The notes beneath the pieces were generated by a model, which worked only from the letters and a program-made list of their open reading frames with translations, ran no database searches and was not told where the DNA came from. A program made the position numbers and the translations under genes. Below, one piece after another: positions 58,381-64,000 of a DNA stretch of 64,000 nt (position 1 is its first letter; each line of letters opens with the position of its first letter). The DNA is taken from contig CAYOSB010000002.1 in NCBI GenBank assembly GCA_964406495.1, forward strand, positions 5,044-69,043. Reading direction: 5' to 3'. This DNA is from an uncultured Bacteroidaceae bacterium. GTDB taxonomy: Bacteria; Bacteroidota; Bacteroidia; Bacteroidales; GCA-2748055.

Positions 58381-59958
58381 TTATTTCTCATCTTCATCCA
58401 GCGCGCGTTTACCTTCAAAAGCGTTCCACTTCAACCGGTCTTCTGTTTTTCTGTCGGCTAAATATACCTCTGGATCATAATCCGGATTGGGCTTGGGAAA
58501 ACGGGCCCGATAGGTTTCAAAGTAAGCCATCATCTCATCATAAAGCTCCTGGTGTTTTTCCGGGTATTCATCAGCGATGTTCACTACCTCTCCAGGATCT
58601 TTCGACAGGTCAAAAAGCATCGGAATTTCCGGTGATTCATAGAAATGAACTACTTTGTGTTTGCCTGAAATAATCGCTGAATGTGGTACAGAAGTACGAT
58701 AGTGGGGATAATGAAAATAAAGATGACGGTTCAGGAACGCTTCACCAGGTGTTTCTCCTGAAATGTAATCTGCAAGGCTGACCCCGTCAATATTCTGAAT
58801 TGCTTCCGGGAATCCGCCTGCCCAATCAACAAACGTGGGCAGGAAATCATAATTGATCACATTCCCTGCAAACACGGAACCGGATTCAATTCCCGGTCCT
58901 TTGACGATCATGGGCACCCTGATGCCACCATCCCAGTTCCACCATTTGGCTGCATGCAGTGGTTGTGTCAGTTCAGGATTGAGGTCCAGCTCGCTATGCC
59001 TGTAACCATTATCCCCTACCAATACAATATAAGTGTTATCAGCAATTCCAAGTTCTTCCAGCTTATCGAGCACAGCCCCGATCCTTCCATCCAGGTCCTC
59101 ACCCATAGCGAGCCAGTTCGCAGGATCCCGCTTGCGCTGGATCGTCTCGGGATCCATATTGTTTCTTTTGTACCAGTCCTGGACTGCAGGGTGATTGACA
59201 TACTTCTGCCGGGTCTCATTTAAACACTCCCTGCCCGCGTGCATGGCATAGTGAGAAATCTGGAGATAAAAAGGATTTCCCTGCTCCACCTGGTCCTCGA
59301 TAAAGTCAATTCCCTTTTCCGTAATACTGAACATCAGTTTAGGATCAGAAAGATCTTCAGGCAATCTTCTTGGATTCGGTGCTCCCGGTGGCAGGTTGTT
59401 CCGAAGCGTGTTTCCTTCGCTATTTGTAGTCGGACCATCATGTACTGCATAGCCATGCAGTTCCGGATCGCTCCTCATATGCCATTTACCAACATGGGCA
59501 CTTACATAACCATAGGGTTCCAATGCCTCCGGAATGGTAACCGATGCCGTATCAATTTCATAATCTGATACATTGGGTATCATCGGAAAATGCTGGTAAC
59601 TGTTGCTGTTGTCATAATACGCATCCTCGTTGTTCCCGAGGAATACGGTAAAGCCACTGCGGACGACTGACTGACCGGTCTGAACACACACCCGTGCCGG
59701 GGAGCACTGCGGCGATCCGTATGCATTACTGAACTTCATCCCTTCCTCAGCAAGCTTTTCGATGTTAGGCATTTCCAATACTGGCATAAATGCATTCTGC
59801 ATGGAATCAACCATTGGAACCGGAGACCCGTTCCATGCCCAGTCATCAATGTAAAACATTACGATATTGGGTCGTTCAACCGGTGGTGTCCCGCAGGAGG
59901 CAAAAACCAGGACCATGATAAGAATTGTGGATTTCAACAGATGCTTCAAAATTTTCAT
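58381..59958 (-). CDS. Sulfatase (Cys-type) with a conserved acidic C-terminal tail; paralog of 63596-64000
   Basis: 525 aa. Lipoprotein signal VFASCGTP. Motifs [30 protein letters not shown] and GKWHM. C-terminal tail [12 protein letters not shown]...[12 protein letters not shown]. Confidence 0.9.
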   Translation of the reverse strand: MKILKHLLKSTILIMVLVFASCGTPPVERPNIVMFYIDDWAWNGSPVPMVDSMQNAFMPVLEMPNIEKLAEEGMKFSNAYGSPQCSPARVCVQTGQSVVRSGFTVFLGNNEDAYYDNSNSYQHFPMIPNVSDYEIDTASVTIPEALEPYGYVSAHVGKWHMRSDPELHGYAVHDGPTTNSEGNTLRNNLPPGAPNPRRLPEDLSDPKLMFSITEKGIDFIEDQVEQGNPFYLQISHYAMHAGRECLNETRQKYVNHPAVQDWYKRNNMDPETIQRKRDPANWLAMGEDLDGRIGAVLDKLEELGIADNTYIVLVGDNGYRHSELDLNPELTQPLHAAKWWNWDGGIRVPMIVKGPGIESGSVFAGNVINYDFLPTFVDWAGGFPEAIQNIDGVSLADYISGETPGEAFLNRHLYFHYPHYRTSVPHSAIISGKHKVVHFYESPEIPMLFDLSKDPGEVVNIADEYPEKHQELYDEMMAYFETYRARFPKPNPDYDPEVYLADRKTEDRLKWNAFEGKRALDEDEK

Positions 59959-59970
59959 AATCAGGATAGT

Positions 59971-60179
59971 TTTTTCGTTTATAGGTTTATTCGTAATATG
60001 TCCGTTCGTTGTATATCCGTTCGTTGTATGTCCGTTCGTTGTATGTCCGTTCGTGATTTGTCCGTTCGTGATTTGTACGTTCGTGATTTGTACGTTCGTG
60101 ATTTGTACGTTCGTATGATGTACGTTTGTGATATGTCCGTTCGTAATATACCGTTAGTTTTATATCCGTTAGTATTTTT
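59971..60179. repeat. 15-bp tandem repeat array (about 12-14 units) in three sequence subtypes
   Basis: Units read directly from the sequence:
- 60001 TCCGTTCGTTGTATA
- 60016 and 60031 TCCGTTCGTTGTATG
- 60046 and 60061 TCCGTTCGTGATTTG
- 60076 and 60091 TACGTTCGTGATTTG
- 60106 TACGTTCGTATGATG
- 60121 TACGTTTGTGATATG
- 60136 TCCGTTCGTAATATA
Degenerate units lie on both flanks. The array sits between the start codon at 59958 and the stop at 60250. Confidence 0.9.
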
Positions 60180-60249
60180 TACTTATGTTGTAGAATTATA
60201 GTTTGGTTTGCGCCGCATGCAATCGCTCCCTGATAGCAAAGCATATGGT

Positions 60250-61743
60250 TTACATAAATTCTTTGATGTAGATATCCTTAAAGCGGATCTTTAATTCACT
60301 TTTCGCGTGCAACTGGAGCGCAATGCGTCCTTTCATACCGACATTGTATAGTTGATGCGCCTGGTTGTCCAGGATCCCTGTAAAATCTTCGTCACATACG
60401 ATCAAACCATTCAATATGGTGATCATCCTGGTTCCCTGGCAGATGATCTTCATCTCATTCCACCCATCACCGTCCTCCGCATACTTAAATACGACCTCTT
60501 CGGGCCCCTGTTCTCTTTTTATTGCAGACCCCGGAGACGGTGGACAGATCCAGCCGCGGGCCTTCCTGGTCTCATCATAGATGAGTCCTGTCCGCCATGG
60601 TGCCGGGGGATGTATGTCGACCTGCGGGCCATCCAGCCATCCACCGCGCGGGGCACTTTCTGAGCGGTCATACCTGCTGCGCACCTGTACCCCGCTATTG
60701 CCTTTGCTCTCCCTGAATGCCTGTAACTTAAGCTGAAGCTCGAAGTCAGCATATTCCTTATCAGTGCATAACCAGATGTAATCATGATCCTGAGAACCGA
60801 TGGAATTGCATTCAATGGTTCCATCCTTCACCCGCCAGAAATTCCTGTCCCTGTCCTTATCGACGGAAGCGACATGCCATCCTTCGAGTGAGGTTCCGTT
60901 AAAAAGCGACAGCTTTTTATTTACGGATGGATCACCCTTGAGAAAAGCTTTCAGTTTGGGAGCGAAATTTCCGTTCAAATCTCCAGTGGCCAGTACATAG
61001 GCCATTCCCCCATCAGATGCATCAAGGCCGTTTTCCTTGTGCTTCGCTGTGGCGCGGAACCTGGAATATAACCACCTGTATTCTTCACGATCGGCGGTCT
61101 TCATCCACTCCACCTGGTCCCAGCCGTCATATGCCCTGCCACCAAACTTGGTTCTTCCCTGCCCTGTAGTATAAAAGTATGTTGCGCCCAGGGCAACGCA
61201 ATCATCTTTTCCATGCGAAGGAGAACCATCTTCAAGCTTCCACTTATCAGCCCGCTCATTGATCTCAGCATGTGATACCAGGATGCAATATTTCCGCTTT
61301 TCAGGATCCGCCCGTAATATTGCCTGGTAAGCCACCTCAAATGGTCCTGCCTGGACATACCAGAACTTACTGCCCGGGTGACTTTTATTGATTTCTTCCT
61401 TTGCATGTTCAATGGCAGCCTCCAACGCTCGTTGATCGTCGAAAAAGACCGCTTCATTAAAATTAAACCTCTTCGCGCCGCCAATCGTGCTTTCATAATT
61501 CTCGGCTTCCTTCCATTCCAGGCTGTTGTCCAGCCTGTTGTTGTAATCAAAATGAACCAGCTTATCGTGCCATCCCATTTTATCAAATATGGCAAGTGCC
61601 AGTGCAGTGGCACTCCAGTCATCGGGATCATGCATGTTGCCATCCGCACTCCAGCCGATACGGTCATTTTCACCCGGAAGTTGGGCGATGATCTCATTCA
61701 ACCCTGAGATGATAATTACCAGGACCAATAACATTGTCCGCAT
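60250..61743 (-). CDS. Secreted fusion protein: unknown N-terminal domain (possible nucleoside-hydrolase-like fold) plus C-terminal DUF1080 domain
   Basis: Start at the Met at 61743 (MRTMLLVLVIIISGLNEIIAQ). The N-terminal half contains HDPDDWSATALALAI, which is reminiscent of a DxDDxxA nucleoside-hydrolase-like motif; this link is weak. The C-terminal half has LSLFNGTSLEGWHV, WRVKDGTIEC, NSGVQVRSRY, GPQVDIHP and RIALQLHAKSELKIRFKDIYIKE. Confidence 0.8.
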   Translation of the reverse strand: MRTMLLVLVIIISGLNEIIAQLPGENDRIGWSADGNMHDPDDWSATALALAIFDKMGWHDKLVHFDYNNRLDNSLEWKEAENYESTIGGAKRFNFNEAVFFDDQRALEAAIEHAKEEINKSHPGSKFWYVQAGPFEVAYQAILRADPEKRKYCILVSHAEINERADKWKLEDGSPSHGKDDCVALGATYFYTTGQGRTKFGGRAYDGWDQVEWMKTADREEYRWLYSRFRATAKHKENGLDASDGGMAYVLATGDLNGNFAPKLKAFLKGDPSVNKKLSLFNGTSLEGWHVASVDKDRDRNFWRVKDGTIECNSIGSQDHDYIWLCTDKEYADFELQLKLQAFRESKGNSGVQVRSRYDRSESAPRGGWLDGPQVDIHPPAPWRTGLIYDETRKARGWICPPSPGSAIKREQGPEEVVFKYAEDGDGWNEMKIICQGTRMITILNGLIVCDEDFTGILDNQAHQLYNVGMKGRIALQLHAKSELKIRFKDIYIKEFM

Positions 61744-61848
61744 CAGTATTTTTTCCTTTACCTGCTGACAACTTTTTGTAAATAAATTCAAATGTGGCAT
61801 AGAGTCGTTTTCATTTATTACAGTGATAGATTTTTTCTTTCAAAAACG

Positions 61849-63456
61849 TTATAGTTCCCGGTTCTGAATTTCAACAACTCGATGCGGTTCATGCTTTTCC
61901 ATCCACGCGATCAATTTCGCCTTCATCTTCTCCGCCTGGGTCCGGTTTAGTTCCGGTGAAACCGGTGATACAAGCAGGTTGCGCATTTCATTGGGATCAT
62001 TCTCCAGGTCATAGAGTGCATCCAGGCTCTCCTGGTCTGCCTTTCCTGCGATCATCAGCTTCAGGTTCCCGCTCCTGATCATGTAATTTGGTTCATTTCT
62101 ACCGGTGGAATAAGACACCACATCATGATCCACCGGTTTCCCTTCGATAAATGTCCGCAAACTTATTCCATCTGACCTGGGAGCAGGCTTATCCATGTAA
62201 TCAAGTATAGTCGGACATACATCCATAGTGGATACAGGTGCATCCACCACTGTCCCGGCTTCGATACGCCCGGGAAAACGCATCAGTAATGGAACATGAA
62301 CAGCTCCCTCGTAGAACATCGATTTAGAGTGGATCCCGTGGTCCCCGAGCATCTCACCGTGGTCAGATGTGAAAATTACAAGCGTGTTATCTGCCAGTCC
62401 CAGTTCATCCAGCTTGTCAAGAATCGTTCCGAGCCTGCGGTCTATTTCACTCACCATCCCATAGTAGATCGATCGCATATGCTGAATATTTTCCGGAACG
62501 CGATAGCGCCATTCATTTTCTCCATGCATCCTTCTCCTGTAAGGAGAGTCCGTCATGGGATCATCAATGGTTTCAGGTACCGGGATGGATTCCGGGGGAT
62601 ACATACTGTAAAAAGGTTCCTGCACTACCATGGGCGGATGTGGTGGATCAAAAGAGCAGGTTAGTGTAAAAGGACCCTCTTTCATTCGCTCCAGTGCATC
62701 CAGGGTCTGCTCTGTATTATATGCTGTGTAGGATATATCCGGTGGCAGATCAAGTTTTCCGTATTGCGTGGATTGCCTGGCCTGTAAATTATTCTTTGCC
62801 TCCGGGGATGCATCAGCCATGTCATAATTATAGTCTAGTTTTACAGGAGTATAGGGCCGGTGGTTTCTTCCTGAAAATAGCTCACCATCGCCGGGCTTTT
62901 TAGGTTCAACACCCTTGCTCACCAACCATTCCTTATAAACTGTAATAATATGCGGCACACCGTAATGATTTCCGATGGGATTCACTGTATTATCGTAGCA
63001 ATCCGTGAACTGGTAGGGCGTGTGCCATTTGCCATAATATTCTGCCGCATAACCATGCTTTTTCAATATCCTGTCGAAGGTCGGCAGATCAGGCACATCT
63101 TCGTTCATGTAATCTCCATTGTTTTCCACTGTAGTATTTACAGAGGAACGGCCGGTTAGAAAAACAGCACGGGAGGGCACGCAGACCGGGTTGGCTGAGT
63201 AGGCATTTGTGAAGATGACCCCCTCCCGGGCGACACGATCCATATTGGGTGTCTCAATAATGGAATTGCCGGCACAGCCCATCGCATCAAAACGCTGCTG
63301 GTCGGTCATAATGAATAGCAGGTTGGGCTTGCTATCTTTCCCTTCTGACCCGACTTCACCCTCCTGTTTCGGAGTTGCTTCTATCGTTTGAAGCAGTGCC
63401 ATAATGAATACAAGAAAAAATATTCCAAAGATCCATGTAGTATTACGTGTTCTCAT
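61849..63456 (-). CDS. Sulfatase (Cys-type); catalytic domain paralogous to 8949-11861
   Basis: 535 aa. Motifs PNLLFIMTDQQRFD, ANPVCVPSRAVFLTGRSS and GKWH. Confidence 0.95.
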   Translation of the reverse strand: MRTRNTTWIFGIFFLVFIMALLQTIEATPKQEGEVGSEGKDSKPNLLFIMTDQQRFDAMGCAGNSIIETPNMDRVAREGVIFTNAYSANPVCVPSRAVFLTGRSSVNTTVENNGDYMNEDVPDLPTFDRILKKHGYAAEYYGKWHTPYQFTDCYDNTVNPIGNHYGVPHIITVYKEWLVSKGVEPKKPGDGELFSGRNHRPYTPVKLDYNYDMADASPEAKNNLQARQSTQYGKLDLPPDISYTAYNTEQTLDALERMKEGPFTLTCSFDPPHPPMVVQEPFYSMYPPESIPVPETIDDPMTDSPYRRRMHGENEWRYRVPENIQHMRSIYYGMVSEIDRRLGTILDKLDELGLADNTLVIFTSDHGEMLGDHGIHSKSMFYEGAVHVPLLMRFPGRIEAGTVVDAPVSTMDVCPTILDYMDKPAPRSDGISLRTFIEGKPVDHDVVSYSTGRNEPNYMIRSGNLKLMIAGKADQESLDALYDLENDPNEMRNLLVSPVSPELNRTQAEKMKAKLIAWMEKHEPHRVVEIQNREL

Positions 63457-63595
63457 CTATGTTGAATTTAATGCTATATCAATCATCCTAAAATCTATTC
63501 AGGATGATCTGTACCGAAAATTTCGCAGTTTTATTCCACATGAAAATTTCTCACCAGTAACGAATACAACGTCATTTGAAAACGATATTTCAACA

Positions 63596-64000
63596 TCACG
63601 GTTTCTCATCTTCTTCCAGTGGACGTTTCCCTTCGAAAGGACCCCACATTTCCCGCCTGGTGTTTTTGTTCGCTTGCTTGTATACTTCTGGATCATAGTC
63701 CGGGTTGGGTTTGGGGATCCGGGCATTCACTTTTTCAAAATAGGCCATCATCTGGTCGTACATTTTCTGATGTAGATCGGGTTGATCCTTCGCTATATTG
63801 ATCACTTCTGCTTCATCGGCAGCCAGGTCGAACAACATTGGTGTATCCGGTGCTTCATAAAAATGCATCACTTTCATAGAACCGGAGACCATCGCTGATA
63901 TGGGCATGGAAGTGCGGTAATGCGGGTAATGAAAATATAGGTTGCGGTTACGGAAGCCCTCTGTCGTTTCCTCGCCTTCCAGGAGTCCAGCGAGGCTTAC
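63596..64000 (-). CDS. Sulfatase, C-terminal part only (5' end outside the window); paralog of 58381-59958
   Basis: The frame is open from 64000. My translation reads [40 protein letters not shown]...[17 protein letters not shown]...[13 protein letters not shown]. It aligns residue for residue with the C-terminus of the 58381-59958 sulfatase. Confidence 0.85.
   Translation of the reverse strand, partial: VSLAGLLEGEETTEGFRNRNLYFHYPHYRTSMPISAMVSGSMKVMHFYEAPDTPMLFDLAADEAEVINIAKDQPDLHQKMYDQMMAYFEKVNARIPKPNPDYDPEVYKQANKNTRREMWGPFEGKRPLEEDEKP

Noticed and set aside
59971-60179. Possible CRISPR array
   Set aside because: The repeats are contiguous 15-bp units with no unique spacers between them. 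They are far shorter than CRISPR repeats, and no cas genes are present.
59867-60201. Two plus-strand ORFs (83 and 86 aa) with pentapeptide-like repeats: [25 protein letters not shown] and [28 protein letters not shown].
   Set aside because: They arise because a 15-bp (5-codon) tandem DNA repeat lacks stop codons. The first one also overlaps the start of the minus-strand sulfatase gene. I see no plausible start context and no non-repeat domain. I treat the region as a non-coding minisatellite.
1-64000. tRNA, rRNA, riboswitch, transposase/integrase or prophage content
   Set aside because: I scanned the intergenic regions by eye and found no cloverleaf-like or rRNA-like sequence. No ORF has transposase, integrase or phage motifs. 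I cannot exclude small ncRNAs without covariance-model searches such as Infernal/Rfam or tRNAscan-SE.

Overview
This 64 kb window is almost fully coding, and most genes lie on the minus strand. It reads as a sulfated-glycan degradation island from a Bacteroidota-type genome. The taxonomic call rests on a T9SS C-terminal sorting domain, many lipoprotein-type signal peptides and a TAnnTTTG-like promoter box.

Gene content:
- Sulfatases: 13 Cys-type (C-x-P/A-x-R) formylglycine sulfatase genes, one further 5'-truncated paralog at the right edge whose signature lies outside the window, and one decayed N-terminal remnant.
- Glycoside hydrolases: three GH92-like alpha-mannosidase homologs, one GH95-like fucosidase, a beta-helix protein, a TIM-barrel GH-like protein, and two large paralogous uncharacterised GH-like proteins.
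- Secreted redox enzymes: three Gfo/Idh/MocA (GH109-like) oxidoreductases, two of them with Tat signals, and three DUF1080 (3-keto-disaccharide-hydrolase-like) domain proteins.
- Beta-propellers: three PQQ-like proteins of 909, 890 and 407 aa.
- Cytoplasmic module: a sodium:solute symporter, a Zn-dependent dehydrogenase and an aldo/keto reductase.
- Regulator: an 844 aa single-pass membrane protein with a LamG/Kelch-like outside domain and a SARP-like winged-helix plus BTAD inside domain.

I found no SusC/SusD pair, sulfatase maturase, tRNA, rRNA, CRISPR array, transposase or integrase.

Five observations deserve the most follow-up:
- the propeller trio interleaved with a sulfatase;
- the repeated pairing of secreted NAD-oxidoreductases with DUF1080 proteins;
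- the membrane-anchored SARP-like regulator;
- the unclassified GH-like paralog pair;
- a 15-bp minisatellite filling the region directly upstream of a sulfatase gene.

All family assignments come from motif recognition by eye. None was verified by a database search.
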